Positions 9,502 to 19,816 are shown, counted from the first letter of the stretch. The stretch: 64,000 nucleotides of DNA from an uncultured Bacteroidales bacterium (GCA_964526285.1 CAZGIW010000007.1:3828-67827), one strand, 5' to 3'. Program-made: numbers and translations. The notes: a model not told the origin generated them from the letters alone.

Positions 9502-10206
9502 ATGAAAAAATTTTTGTTTGTTTTCGCTTTATCATCATTGGTACTCACCTATGTGTCATGCAAAAAAGATGATGACAATATTGATGATGAACCACAGGGT
9601 GAAGTCTTGCCCCCTGATAATGAAGTAATTACTGGTACTGTTGAGGGTACCATTCATCCAACACAGTATGATGAAAATCAGTCTCAAACTACTGTGACAA
9701 TCAGTCGGTTGTGTCACACCGTTGAAAAGTTTGTGGAGCTTCAAAACCAGATAGCTGTCACTCCCCAGGGTGCTGTTGTAATGGTTATTGTTGCCATGAG
9801 AATCATTCAGCAATACCCCATTGAAGGGACAAAATGTCTCACAGCCACCTGCACATATCCCTTAACTATGGAATCAACAGTGGAAGGTAGTTATAACGGA
9901 GAAATTGTGACTGAAACAACAATCTTAAAGGGAAATCTGACCAATTATCCCAGATTACCTTTTATCTATTACCAGGGTGCATCACCTCAAAATGGGTATA
10001 CTCCAAACGGACCTCCTTATGTGGTGAAAATGTATACCAATTCAAGCAGCTATTCACAGACTTCACAGGGAACAAATATTAAGCTTTTTGTGGAAACACT
10101 GGGTGCCGATAGCAACAGACCATGCAGAGTTGTAAAGGTTGGCAACATTTATAAAGTTGCTGAATTCAGCTCGCTATATCTTTCTTACAAACCAATTACG
10201 CAATAA
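9502..10206 (+). CDS. hypothetical lipoprotein
   Basis: Signal peptide with a lipobox-like LTYVSC. No recognisable domain. Confidence 0.5.
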   Translation: MKKFLFVFALSSLVLTYVSCKKDDDNIDDEPQGEVLPPDNEVITGTVEGTIHPTQYDENQSQTTVTISRLCHTVEKFVELQNQIAVTPQGAVVMVIVAMRIIQQYPIEGTKCLTATCTYPLTMESTVEGSYNGEIVTETTILKGNLTNYPRLPFIYYQGASPQNGYTPNGPPYVVKMYTNSSSYSQTSQGTNIKLFVETLGADSNRPCRVVKVGNIYKVAEFSSLYLSYKPITQ

Positions 10207-10229
10207 AAGACCATTTCTGGTTTTTTTTA

Positions 10230-10745
10230 ATGATACGATTTGCATTTTGTTTAATATTGGCTTTTGCCCTTTACAATAATTTCAATGTTGCAGCGCAGGA
10301 TACAACCAATACTATGCGAAAAAACCTTATCTATGTTGAAGCCGGAGGTGTTGCCGGCTATATGTCACTCAACTATGAGCGAATTTTGTTTCTTAGAGAT
10401 AAATCAGCCATCTCTGCAAAAATTGGATACAGCACATATCATCTGACTGATGGAAACAAGAAATTCAATCCCGACATTATCCTGCCTGTTGGTGTAAATT
10501 ATTTGTTTATTCATAAACCCGGATTCATAATCGGGGCAGGGCAAATGTATACCGGGATATTGAAATTCAACAGAGAATCACTCAGTTTCCAGAGAGAAAA
10601 TAATTTTCACACTTTTTTTTCTGCTGGTATTACAAATATGTTTTTCAATGATAGATTATTATTGAGAATCACATATACTCCTGTTTTGGAAAACAATCAG
10701 AAATATATGCATTTTCTGGGTGTCTCAATAGGTTATTCATTTTAA
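10230..10745 (+). CDS. hypothetical small outer-membrane beta-barrel-like protein
   Basis: Signal peptide (…NVAAQ), an alternating hydrophobic pattern, and a C-terminal ...IGYSF with terminal Phe typical of OM barrels. Confidence 0.45.
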   Translation: MIRFAFCLILAFALYNNFNVAAQDTTNTMRKNLIYVEAGGVAGYMSLNYERILFLRDKSAISAKIGYSTYHLTDGNKKFNPDIILPVGVNYLFIHKPGFIIGAGQMYTGILKFNRESLSFQRENNFHTFFSAGITNMFFNDRLLLRITYTPVLENNQKYMHFLGVSIGYSF

Positions 10746-10752
10746 ATTTGTT

Positions 10753-11580
10753 ATGATGAAATTGTTTGTTGTTTTAAGTTGGTTGTTTTTTTTTGTGGCC
10801 TGCACCAAGGAAACATACGATGTTGTCAATCTCAATGACAATGCAATTTCAAAGCTGGGACATGGAGGCATGGGAATTGGAAATCTCTATCCAATGAATA
10901 GTATGGAGTCACTCACAAAATGTTTGAATCTTGGAGTGGATGGTGTTGAATTTGACGTGCAGCTTACAAAGGACAATGTGCTGATTGCATTTCACGACAG
11001 GGATATGAGCGGAATTTCATCAAACAGCGGGTTGGTCAGGTCTAAAACATGGGATGAAATAAAAGGTTCAACTTATACAAATATACCTTTTACTTCATAT
11101 GATGTGGTGTCTGTTGATGAAATTTTTTCTGCCTTTTCCGGTAATAAGAAATATCTTTATACATTTGACTGTAAACTTTATTATGAAAATGAAATTTTCG
11201 AGCATTATTGTGATGATTTTATTCATGCAATTATTGATATTGTGGAAAAACATAACCTTGAAAATAATGTTCTCATAGAATCAAACAATACATATTTTTT
11301 AAAAACAATGCAGGAATTAAAGCCTGATTTCAAGTTGTTCATTTATCCGCAAACATTTGAAGATGGATTGCAAATAGCCAAAGATTTGAACTTGTATGGA
11401 ATCACCATTTCAAATGATAAAATTTCAGCTCAGCAGGTAGCACTTGCCCATGCACATAATATCAGAATTACACTCTGGAATGTTAAAAACAAAAAGCAAA
11501 ACATTGACGCCATTAAGAAAAACCCCGATTACATTCAAACAGATGATGTGAGGAGTTTGTTAAAGTTACTCAAAAATTAA
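10753..11580 (+). CDS. glycerophosphodiester phosphodiesterase family protein
   Basis: GDPD motifs HGG...G (ISKLGHGGMG) and VEFDVQLTKDNVLIAFHD. There is an N-terminal signal/lipobox (FFVAC). Confidence 0.75.
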   Translation: MMKLFVVLSWLFFFVACTKETYDVVNLNDNAISKLGHGGMGIGNLYPMNSMESLTKCLNLGVDGVEFDVQLTKDNVLIAFHDRDMSGISSNSGLVRSKTWDEIKGSTYTNIPFTSYDVVSVDEIFSAFSGNKKYLYTFDCKLYYENEIFEHYCDDFIHAIIDIVEKHNLENNVLIESNNTYFLKTMQELKPDFKLFIYPQTFEDGLQIAKDLNLYGITISNDKISAQQVALAHAHNIRITLWNVKNKKQNIDAIKKNPDYIQTDDVRSLLKLLKN

Positions 11581-11585
11581 AACAA

Positions 11586-12419
11586 ATGAAATCAACATTT
11601 ATTAGTTTAGCAATTTTTGTGATTTTTTTCAATGTTTCCCATGTGTTGAAATCACAGGAGAACAAGTTGCCAGATGAAGAAACACTTAATCTCATTCACG
11701 ATTCAATATTAAATGAAGCCGAAGTTTTGTATTATTTTGAGTTGGCAGCATGGGTTAGTATTGATAGTGCATTGTATGACCCGGAAATTGAAAAAATCAT
11801 CGGAGGATACATTGTTTATGAAATTGAGAATGGAGTAAAATCAATTGTTTTTTCTGAAAATCTGGAGTATGTAATTCTTGAAATGGACTATGAGTTCGGC
11901 AACCAAGATTATGTTTTCTTTAGTAAAGAGAAAAGATCTGTGACGGAGAAAGAAGCACATCTGGTGAATATAAGGGATAAAATTATTGACAATATTATCA
12001 GAGAGAAGTACAAGGTGATTCAATACGAAAACTATACTTTTAATACAGTTTTGCTGGAAAAGGATTTTGGCTACAGGTTTTATTTGTTGACAGGAACAAC
12101 ACTTAACTGGGTTGTGCCCTTTGGTAATGACTACTTGTTTGAAACAGATTTTGAGGGGGATATTACAAAGTACAAAAGAATCCATCAAACCCTGATAAAT
12201 TTTGAAATTTATACAGATGAAGGGCATGAGGTGGTTTCTCATATGCATAGTCATCTCAAATCAGAGCCCTATATAACAGCAACAGATATTTGCACTTTCA
12301 GGTTGTATGCCCGATTATATGATCTTGACAATTTTATTGTTTATTCAACATTTTATGGTAAATATTTCATGTATATTCTGAAAAGTAATACCATAATTGT
12401 TATGGACAAATTTGATTAA
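11586..12419 (+). CDS. hypothetical secreted protein
   Basis: 277-aa ORF with an N-terminal signal peptide, tightly packed after the GDPD gene (5-nt gap). No recognised motif. Confidence 0.5.
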   Translation: MKSTFISLAIFVIFFNVSHVLKSQENKLPDEETLNLIHDSILNEAEVLYYFELAAWVSIDSALYDPEIEKIIGGYIVYEIENGVKSIVFSENLEYVILEMDYEFGNQDYVFFSKEKRSVTEKEAHLVNIRDKIIDNIIREKYKVIQYENYTFNTVLLEKDFGYRFYLLTGTTLNWVVPFGNDYLFETDFEGDITKYKRIHQTLINFEIYTDEGHEVVSHMHSHLKSEPYITATDICTFRLYARLYDLDNFIVYSTFYGKYFMYILKSNTIIVMDKFD

Positions 12420-12452
12420 AATGATTAACTTTGAAATCAGATTTATTGTCTT

Positions 12453-14762
12453 ATGAGGTTGTTGTTTGCTTTGATGGTATTTGTTTCAACTGTGAGTTTT
12501 TCACAGACAATAGTCATCAATGAATTTATGTCTGACAACAATGCCTGGTTTTTTGATGAAGATAATGATGACAGTGACTGGATAGAAATTTTTAATGTTT
12601 CTTCTCAGCCGGTTCTTATGTCAGATTATTTTTTGTCAGATGATTATAATAATCTTCAAAAATGGAGATTTCCTGAGTTTTTGCTGCCTGCAGGGAGTTA
12701 TCTTATTGTTTTTGCTTCAGGGAAGGACAGAGCAGAAGCAGGTAACCAACTTCATACAAATTTTAAAATCAGCGCATCGGGTGAACATCTTTTTTTGTCT
12801 GATTATGAAACAGTTGTACATTCCTTACCCGCTGTTTCACTTCGTGAAAATTACAGCTTTGGTTTGAATCCCAACGGAACAGGCTTGTTACATAATTTTT
12901 CATGTCCCACTCCCGGATACAATAACGCTGAAGGAGATTTGTATTATCCTTCGTTATTTTCACATCAGGGTGGTTTTTATGAAGATGTTGTTACTCTGGA
13001 GTTGACTACCAGTAATTTACCCGGGCACATAAGATATACAACTGATGGATCTTTGCCTGATGAAAATTCTATGATATACTCTGTGCCCCTTCTGCTTGAT
13101 TCCTCATTACAGTCGCCTTCTGATATGTCATCAATTCTGTTATCTCCTCCAGAATTATTTTTTCTGCCTGAGCAAAGGCCTGAAAATGTAATTATAATCA
13201 CTGCGGCCGTGTTTAATGACAGCAACAGAATTGTCAGCCATCCCGAAACACATACATATTTCATAGAATCACTGGGTGTCAGTCATCATTCTGGTTTTGC
13301 AGTGATTTCATTATCAGCGCAATACAATGATTTGTTTTGTGATACAATAGGAATTATGGTTCCGGGTATTTATTGGGATGAAGAGAATCCCCTGTGGACA
13401 GGAAACTATTTCAATAGAGGTGATCAATGGGAGAGAGATATCAGGTTTGAGTTTTTTGATGCTGAAAACTCTTCGCAAATCAGACAGAATGCCGGATTGA
13501 GAATTCATGGAGGAAACATGAGGCGATTCTCTCAAAAGGGTCTCAGGCTATATGCAAGAGATGATTACGGAAGCAAATATTTCAATTATCGGTTCTTTCC
13601 TTCAAAAAATATAGATAAGTATAAAAGGTTGGTCCTTATTCCGTTCGCCTCCTCATGGTCTGATGCCGGTTCTGAAAATTATATTTCATTAATGTTGTCT
13701 GCGTCTCTGAATTTTGAGTCTTTGCAAATAAGACCTGCTATCCTCTATATTAATGGTGAGTACAGAGGAATGTATTTTCTTCAGGAGCGAATTGATAAAC
13801 ACTTTCTCAGTGATTATCATCAATTGCCCAAAGATAGTATTGACCTGATGGAAAACTGGTCAGGATACGCTGAATACGGAGATAATGAAGAGTTTATGAA
13901 GCTTTATTATTTTATTGAACAAAATGATTTATCAGACAGTGAAAACTATAATTATGTAAAAAGTATTATGGATGTTGAGAGTTTTATTGATTATCAGATT
14001 TTTCAGATTTATTTGACAAATTATGACTGGCCAGCAAACAATGTGAGATGTTGGAGAGAAAGAAGAGAAGGATCGAAGTTCAGATGGATATTTTTTGATG
14101 GTGATGCAGGACTTCATGATTTTGAATTTAATGGTTTCAATCATGCATTAAGTACTTCTGATCAAACCTGGCCCACAAACAGTATTTCTACATTGTTTTT
14201 GAGAAAACTCATGGAAAATAATACCTTCAGCGATGCTTTCTTTTCAAGGTTTGAACATCATCTGAATAACACTTTTACCTTAAACAAAGTAATTCCAGTA
14301 TTTCAGCATATTTACAGTTTGATGAAGGATGAAGCTGCCCAACAATCAGCTCTTTATGGAGTGCCTGAAAGCTTTTATACATGGGCTGATGCAATGAATG
14401 AAATCAACGAATTTTTTATATTTCGTTCATGTATGATAAAAGAACATGTACGTGAACGTTTTGGAGTTAAGCTCCGTATTCCTGAGTGCGAGCCCTGGGC
14501 GTTGCAATTGTCTGACTTTTCACTGTATCCAAATCCATGTGACGGCGCTTTTACCCTTGATTTTCATTCAAAAGAAAATGGATCAGCAAAGGCTATTATA
14601 TATAATGTTGAAGGTAAACAAATTGTGAGTGAAGAAGTGTATGTTTTCTCTGGATCAAACAGGCTGGAGTTTGAAATCAATGACCTGAGAACCGGTGTTT
14701 ATTATGTGACAATCAGTTCTGCCAACAAATTATTTACTTCAAAATTCATTGTTATTCCCTAA
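12453..14762 (+). CDS. CotH kinase-family protein with N-terminal lamin-tail domain (LTD) and T9SS type A C-terminal sorting domain
   Basis: LTD hallmark IVINEFMSDNN...DWIEIFN. The central part resembles CotH (RIHGG..R...QKGLRLY, YDWPANN..CWR). The C-terminal ~80 aa (LYPNPCDGAFTL...GVYYVTI...FIVIP) is a Por_Secre_tail-type CTD. Confidence 0.8.
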   Translation: MRLLFALMVFVSTVSFSQTIVINEFMSDNNAWFFDEDNDDSDWIEIFNVSSQPVLMSDYFLSDDYNNLQKWRFPEFLLPAGSYLIVFASGKDRAEAGNQLHTNFKISASGEHLFLSDYETVVHSLPAVSLRENYSFGLNPNGTGLLHNFSCPTPGYNNAEGDLYYPSLFSHQGGFYEDVVTLELTTSNLPGHIRYTTDGSLPDENSMIYSVPLLLDSSLQSPSDMSSILLSPPELFFLPEQRPENVIIITAAVFNDSNRIVSHPETHTYFIESLGVSHHSGFAVISLSAQYNDLFCDTIGIMVPGIYWDEENPLWTGNYFNRGDQWERDIRFEFFDAENSSQIRQNAGLRIHGGNMRRFSQKGLRLYARDDYGSKYFNYRFFPSKNIDKYKRLVLIPFASSWSDAGSENYISLMLSASLNFESLQIRPAILYINGEYRGMYFLQERIDKHFLSDYHQLPKDSIDLMENWSGYAEYGDNEEFMKLYYFIEQNDLSDSENYNYVKSIMDVESFIDYQIFQIYLTNYDWPANNVRCWRERREGSKFRWIFFDGDAGLHDFEFNGFNHALSTSDQTWPTNSISTLFLRKLMENNTFSDAFFSRFEHHLNNTFTLNKVIPVFQHIYSLMKDEAAQQSALYGVPESFYTWADAMNEINEFFIFRSCMIKEHVRERFGVKLRIPECEPWALQLSDFSLYPNPCDGAFTLDFHSKENGSAKAIIYNVEGKQIVSEEVYVFSGSNRLEFEINDLRTGVYYVTISSANKLFTSKFIVIP

Positions 14763-14779
14763 ACAAATTTCATCATGTT

Positions 14780-15040
14780 ATGAAAAAACGACCTGACTTA
14801 CCCAAAGAACCTGTTATGTATGACACAAAACCATGCGAAATGGACTTGAAAGCCGGAAAATATTTCTGGTGTGCATGCGGAAGAAGTAAAAAACATCCCT
14901 TTTGTGATGGATCGCACTTTGGAACAGGTATTCAGCCCAAAAGATTTTTACTTGAAACTGATGCAAAAGTGTGGCTTTGTGCCTGCAAAAAAACAAAAAA
15001 TCCACCCTTTTGTGATGGGAGTCATTCCAATACAGAGTAA
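14780..15040 (+). CDS. CDGSH iron-sulfur domain protein (two CDGSH motifs)
   Basis: Two copies of C-x-C-x(7-9)-FCDGSH: CACGRSKKHPFCDGSH and CACKKTKNPPFCDGSH. Confidence 0.9.
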   Translation: MKKRPDLPKEPVMYDTKPCEMDLKAGKYFWCACGRSKKHPFCDGSHFGTGIQPKRFLLETDAKVWLCACKKTKNPPFCDGSHSNTE

Positions 15041-15072
15041 ATGAGTGCGAAACTATTAGTTAGGGTTTGCTG

Positions 15073-15645
15073 TTATTTAAATTTTACTAAACCTGAAATT
15101 CTTCTTCTTCGCCTTTCTGCAACTGGAAAAACTCCATCAGCTGAAGTTCTTACATCTTCAATTGTATAGAATGTATGTTCGTCAAATTGCCTGATGGTTT
15201 GAAGAAAATCATTCAGGTTCTTTCTGTTGATAATAGAAAATAAAATTTTGACAGGTCCCCGTGTCCCATGTGCATCCATAATTGTCAACCCAAACCCCCG
15301 GTTTGAAAGCTCCTTTACAATGTTTTCTGTATCATGTCTTGGAAAAACACGAATAACAACTTTGCCCAATGATAGTTTTTCTTCAAGTCTTAGCCCGATA
15401 TAGTTCCCAAGGGCAAATCCCAAAGCATAGGCAAAATAATAAAAATAATTATCCAGCTTTTGGAAAATCTGACTCACTGCAATGATCCATATTAGTACTT
15501 CAAAAAATCCCATAATGGGTGCAATGTTTTTATAGCCTTTACTCAGATATACAAGCCTGAGTGTCCCGATTGTCTGGTCTGCAATTCTTGATAATATTAT
15601 CAAAAGGGGGACAATGACCCATGAGAAGAAATCAAAATGTTCCAT
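15073..15645 (-). CDS. DUF2179 / UPF0316 family membrane protein
   Basis: The N-terminal TM region with ADQTIGTLR and the C-terminal DUF2179-like domain match the UPF0316 pattern. I prefer the ATG at 15645 over the upstream TTG at 15672. Confidence 0.7.
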   Translation of the reverse strand: MEHFDFFSWVIVPLLIILSRIADQTIGTLRLVYLSKGYKNIAPIMGFFEVLIWIIAVSQIFQKLDNYFYYFAYALGFALGNYIGLRLEEKLSLGKVVIRVFPRHDTENIVKELSNRGFGLTIMDAHGTRGPVKILFSIINRKNLNDFLQTIRQFDEHTFYTIEDVRTSADGVFPVAERRRRRISGLVKFK

Positions 15646-15724
15646 AGCGAATTGATTAAAAAAATTACACAAAATTAAGAAAAAGAATTACCTGTAAACG
15701 GTTTTTTTTCGGTTGATGAGATGA

Positions 15725-18700
15725 TTAATGAACAACTGTTATTGTACCGCTCATGGTTTGCCGGCTCTCTCCGGCAAAAGTATATCTCAGCATATATGAA
15801 TACACCCCTGGTTCAACAGTTTGACCCTTGTATGTGCCATCCCATCCTGTGCTCAGGGTTTCTGTCTGGAATACAATTTCTCCCCAGCGATTATAAACTT
15901 TAAATTCAATATATTCAAGTCCGTTGCCTCTCACATACAGAACATCGTTGTCACCATCTCCGTTGGGAGAGAATACATTCGGAATGTAAATATGGGCTGA
16001 GTAACAGTCATTGAGAGCTGCTTCAATCTCGATGTCTCCGCTTTCACTACAACTGTTGGCATCAGAAACCTGAACAACATATGTGCCTGGTGCCAAATCA
16101 GTTAATGTTTCATCTATAGCACCATGATTCCAGCTGACAGAATAAGGGCTTGATCCTCCTGAAATTGCTATACTTACGGATGCATCATGAGCACCTGCAC
16201 AAGATTCGGGAGTAACTGTAAAATTCAAAACAGGTGCTTCATACACGGTGATATACGTGGTGTCTGAATCTCCGCATAAACCGCTGATAGTGTATGCAAC
16301 TTCATGTGTGCCTGCGCCGGCAACTGATGGATCAAATGTGCCCGAAACGGCATTTGAAATTCCTGTTCCTGACCATGTGCCTCCAGACTCTGATGCTGTC
16401 ATTGTTATTGAATTATCATTACTGCAAAATGGCCCTGCACTTACAATTGTTGCATCTGCCCAGGGCTCTTCTGTCATTGTTATTGTTGCACTTCCACTGC
16501 ACCCTTCATTATCTGTTACTGTAACAGAGTAAGTTCCGGCTGTTGTTACTGTATATGTCTGACCACTGCCCGAAGGATTCCAGTCGTAAATGGCATATCC
16601 GGCTCCGGCATCCAGTATGTGATTTGTCCCTTCACAGAAAATTGTTGTGGAACCAAGATCAACCACAGGAGCAGGATGTACAATAACTGTTACAGTGTCA
16701 GCATCACCACAGGCTCCCAAAATTGTATAAATAATCTGATGAGAACCAGCTCCTGCAACCGAAGGATCAAATGCCCCTGTGGCAGGGTTTGTAATTCCAT
16801 TGCCCGACCATGTGCCACCCGCATCTGTTGAAGTGAAGTTTACAGGACTTGAATTGCTGCAATATTCAATCCCCGATGTGATGGTTGCATCCATCTGGTT
16901 GACCACAGTTACAATAATTTCATCAGTCCCCTCACATGAATTTGCATCAGTCACAGTAACTCCATATGTTCCGCTTGTGCTCACATCCAAAGTGGGATTT
17001 GAACCTGCCGGTGACCATTGATAGGTTGTATATCCGGCTCCCGGATCAAGTGTTAACACTGTTCCCAGACAAATGGTTGTGTCAGGCCCTAAATTGAATA
17101 CTGGCGCCTGATGTACAGTCACATTTACAGTGTCAGCATCACCACACAATCCTGTAATTTCGTAAATAATCTGATGAGAACCAGCTCCTGCAACCGAAGG
17201 ATCAAATGCCCCTGTGGCAGGGTTTGTAATTCCATTGCCCGACCATGTGCCACCCGCATCTGTTGAAGTGAAGTTTACAGGACTTGAATTGCTGCAATAT
17301 TCAATCCCCGATGTGATGGTTGCATCCATCTGGTTGACCACAGTTACAATAATTTCATCAGTCCCCTCACATGAATTTGCATCAGTCACAGTAACTCCAT
17401 ATGTTCCGCTTGTGCTCACATCCAAAGTGGGATTTGAACCTGCCGGTGACCATTGATAGGTTGTATATCCGGCTCCCGGATCAAGTGTTAACACTGTTCC
17501 CAGACAAATGGTTGTGTCAGGCCCCAGATATGGGTCAGGCAAAGCATGAACTGTCACTGTAACTGATTGGGTAGCAGTACAGTTGAAAGCGTTTGTGATT
17601 GTGACAGTATATGTTGTTGAGGCAGATGGAGATGCAACAGGATTTGATATAGCCGGATTTGAAAGACTGCCACCATTTGACCAGGAATATGTGCCGCCTC
17701 CGGATGCGATGAGTTGTACGCTTTCTCCGGCGCAAATTGATGTGTCTGCTGAAATTCCTGCTATAATTTCTGATACTACAACTGTCACAGAATCAATGCT
17801 CTCACAAGCTCCTTCAGTGGCAGTAACATAATATGTTGTGGTTGTTAGCGGACTTGCCACAGGATTTGGAATATTTGCATTATTCAGTGTGCCCGATGGA
17901 CTCCATGTGTATGAAACACCTCCTGAAGCTCCAAGTTGAACACTGCTGCCAGCACAAATAGTGGTATCAGGAGAAGCAACACAGATGGGACCTGAGATAT
18001 TAATAATCACAGGAACCCTGTACCAGCCTGGACAAAATCCCACCCACACAGTGTCAGAATTACTTGCGTTGGTAATGGAATAGGTAACTCCTGTATGAAT
18101 CACACTTCCTGCAGCAGCCTGATCCCACCAGATAATCTGTGTTCCGCCGGGGACAAAACCGCTTAATAATGCGGTAATATCAATATCATCACCCAAACAT
18201 GCATTAATTGGACTGGGAACTGTGAGAACAGTGGGAGTGATGGTTGCATCATGCTCTCCGTTGCCGCCTGCCGTGGCGCCATTGGGAGGAAACTCTGTAA
18301 GTCCTGATGAATTGGTTGTACCATTTGCACCTCCATTTGCTTGCCTTGTTGGTGTACCGGCTGAAATGGCAATATAACCACCACCACCACCACCACCTGG
18401 ACCTTCGGCTTCATGATTGCCGGTCATAATTCCTTCCTGAATAATTTGATTTCCTCCATTTCCTCCGTTGGCTGTGATTGATACTCCCGAAACAGTTCCG
18501 TGAATATTCACGATAATTGTACCTCCTGCACCTGCACCGCCTGATCCATCTGTTCCAGTTATTTCATTAAAGCCTGGTGCAGCTCCGAGAGCAGGATACC
18601 CATCCTGTCCGTTTGAGTTTATTGTTCCACTGCCACTTATATCGCCATATCCCAAAATATAAACAAGGCCACCACCGTTTCCGCCAGAGCCTCCATCGTC

Positions 18701-19816
18701 ATTATTTTGATGACCTGCACCACCGCCACCTCCCAGAAAGATTTTCCCTGTGCTGTATTCCAGGGGACGACCACCCAAACCTCCCTCAACTCTTCTGTTG
18801 TCCATACCCCAAAGAGTGTTTCCAGGTGCTGTAGTAAGGGCATCTCTATTGTTAATTGAAAAAGTATAACCTCCTTTTCCCCCGCCAGTGCTCGTGTGAG
18901 TAGCAAATCCTGCCGATTCCAGATTCCAGGCGGTAATCCAGTTGGGATTGGAAATATCTGGATTTCCATATCCTGACCATGATGCAGTATCACCGCCGTT
19001 ACCGCCTCCTCCACCGCCAGCATTGTGCATATTGCCACCACCACCACCATTGGCAGGCGCGCCTTTGCAATACATGCCGCCACCAAGTGCTTCATATTCA
19101 GATTGATATCCTGAAATGCTTTCCCCTTTTTCGGCTCCTTCCTCAAAACTAAAATGACTCCATTGTCCTCCTCCATAACCGCCGGAATTGGTTTGTGCAA
19201 TGCCTCCTCTGAAACCTCTGTGGTCGGCATGAATCCTTGCACCGGCTGCAATTGAAATATTCTGGTCAACTTCACAAACCACAATTCCACCTGATGTGCC
19301 GTTCCATGCATCACATGTTATGCTTGCAGGGGCGTTGATTGTGAGAGAATTATAACGAGGAACACGAATTACCTGTACTTTCCAGGAGGCAGTATAATTT
19401 AACCGCAATCCACATGTGAGATCAATGATATTACCACCTGCAACACCGGCAACTTCAACAAATTCATAATTTCCACAATTATTATAATTCATGATGGTCC
19501 CCCATGAATCATCATAGGGTTTACCATTATGTGGATTACTACTAGAAGGAAATGAATTCAAAGTAACACCCTGCATTTGAATAATCATGAGCAAATCGCC
19601 GGCTTCCAGTGGTCCTGAAAATCTACCGTTTGCATTGAGATTATTTGACTGAACAATCAATGTTGTGGCACCAGTACCCGCATCAGATGTAAGTCGGGTG
19701 TATTCATTCACCACAAGGTCGGCGACAGTAACTGTAAAATTACCGTGTTTTCCCTTTTGTGAAAATGCCTGAAAAACTATTGAAAGAATAAAAATCAATA
19801 AAACAAATCGTTTCAT
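15725..19816 (-). CDS. giant secreted surface protein: Gly-rich N-terminal region, repeated Ig-like modules, T9SS type B (gliding-motility, TIGR04131-type) C-terminal domain
   Basis: A signal peptide, MKRFVLLIFILSIVFQAFSQ, follows the ATG at 19816; the track start at 19840 is a TTG. The ORF is long and uninterrupted. The C-terminus is VFSPNGDGDNDVLYV...VYNRWGEIVF...WDGTYKG...GVYSYMLRY. Confidence 0.85.
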   Translation of the reverse strand: MKRFVLLIFILSIVFQAFSQKGKHGNFTVTVADLVVNEYTRLTSDAGTGATTLIVQSNNLNANGRFSGPLEAGDLLMIIQMQGVTLNSFPSSSNPHNGKPYDDSWGTIMNYNNCGNYEFVEVAGVAGGNIIDLTCGLRLNYTASWKVQVIRVPRYNSLTINAPASITCDAWNGTSGGIVVCEVDQNISIAAGARIHADHRGFRGGIAQTNSGGYGGGQWSHFSFEEGAEKGESISGYQSEYEALGGGMYCKGAPANGGGGGNMHNAGGGGGGNGGDTASWSGYGNPDISNPNWITAWNLESAGFATHTSTGGGKGGYTFSINNRDALTTAPGNTLWGMDNRRVEGGLGGRPLEYSTGKIFLGGGGGAGHQNNDDGGSGGNGGGLVYILGYGDISGSGTINSNGQDGYPALGAAPGFNEITGTDGSGGAGAGGTIIVNIHGTVSGVSITANGGNGGNQIIQEGIMTGNHEAEGPGGGGGGGYIAISAGTPTRQANGGANGTTNSSGLTEFPPNGATAGGNGEHDATITPTVLTVPSPINACLGDDIDITALLSGFVPGGTQIIWWDQAAAGSVIHTGVTYSITNASNSDTVWVGFCPGWYRVPVIINISGPICVASPDTTICAGSSVQLGASGGVSYTWSPSGTLNNANIPNPVASPLTTTTYYVTATEGACESIDSVTVVVSEIIAGISADTSICAGESVQLIASGGGTYSWSNGGSLSNPAISNPVASPSASTTYTVTITNAFNCTATQSVTVTVHALPDPYLGPDTTICLGTVLTLDPGAGYTTYQWSPAGSNPTLDVSTSGTYGVTVTDANSCEGTDEIIVTVVNQMDATITSGIEYCSNSSPVNFTSTDAGGTWSGNGITNPATGAFDPSVAGAGSHQIIYEITGLCGDADTVNVTVHQAPVFNLGPDTTICLGTVLTLDPGAGYTTYQWSPAGSNPTLDVSTSGTYGVTVTDANSCEGTDEIIVTVVNQMDATITSGIEYCSNSSPVNFTSTDAGGTWSGNGITNPATGAFDPSVAGAGSHQIIYTILGACGDADTVTVIVHPAPVVDLGSTTIFCEGTNHILDAGAGYAIYDWNPSGSGQTYTVTTAGTYSVTVTDNEGCSGSATITMTEEPWADATIVSAGPFCSNDNSITMTASESGGTWSGTGISNAVSGTFDPSVAGAGTHEVAYTISGLCGDSDTTYITVYEAPVLNFTVTPESCAGAHDASVSIAISGGSSPYSVSWNHGAIDETLTDLAPGTYVVQVSDANSCSESGDIEIEAALNDCYSAHIYIPNVFSPNGDGDNDVLYVRGNGLEYIEFKVYNRWGEIVFQTETLSTGWDGTYKGQTVEPGVYSYMLRYTFAGESRQTMSGTITVVH
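16691..17524. repeat. intragenic tandem repeat, period 435 bp (145 aa), two near-identical units; a third diverged unit lies just below (~16255-16690)
   Basis: Sequence at 16731-17089 equals 17166-17524 (offset 435). The nested track ORFs 16779-17021 and 17214-17456 have identical translations. The protein shows module VH.AP...GPDTTICLGTVLTLDPGAGYTTYQW...SHQIIY twice, plus one diverged copy. Confidence 0.9.

Noticed and set aside
18163-19314. Same-strand alternative-frame ORFs (225 aa and 83 aa) and opposite-strand ORFs within the Gly-rich part of the giant adhesin gene.
   Set aside because: They are fully nested in a 4.1-kb uninterrupted ORF with a signal peptide and CTD. GGN-rich coding sequence suppresses stop codons in other frames.
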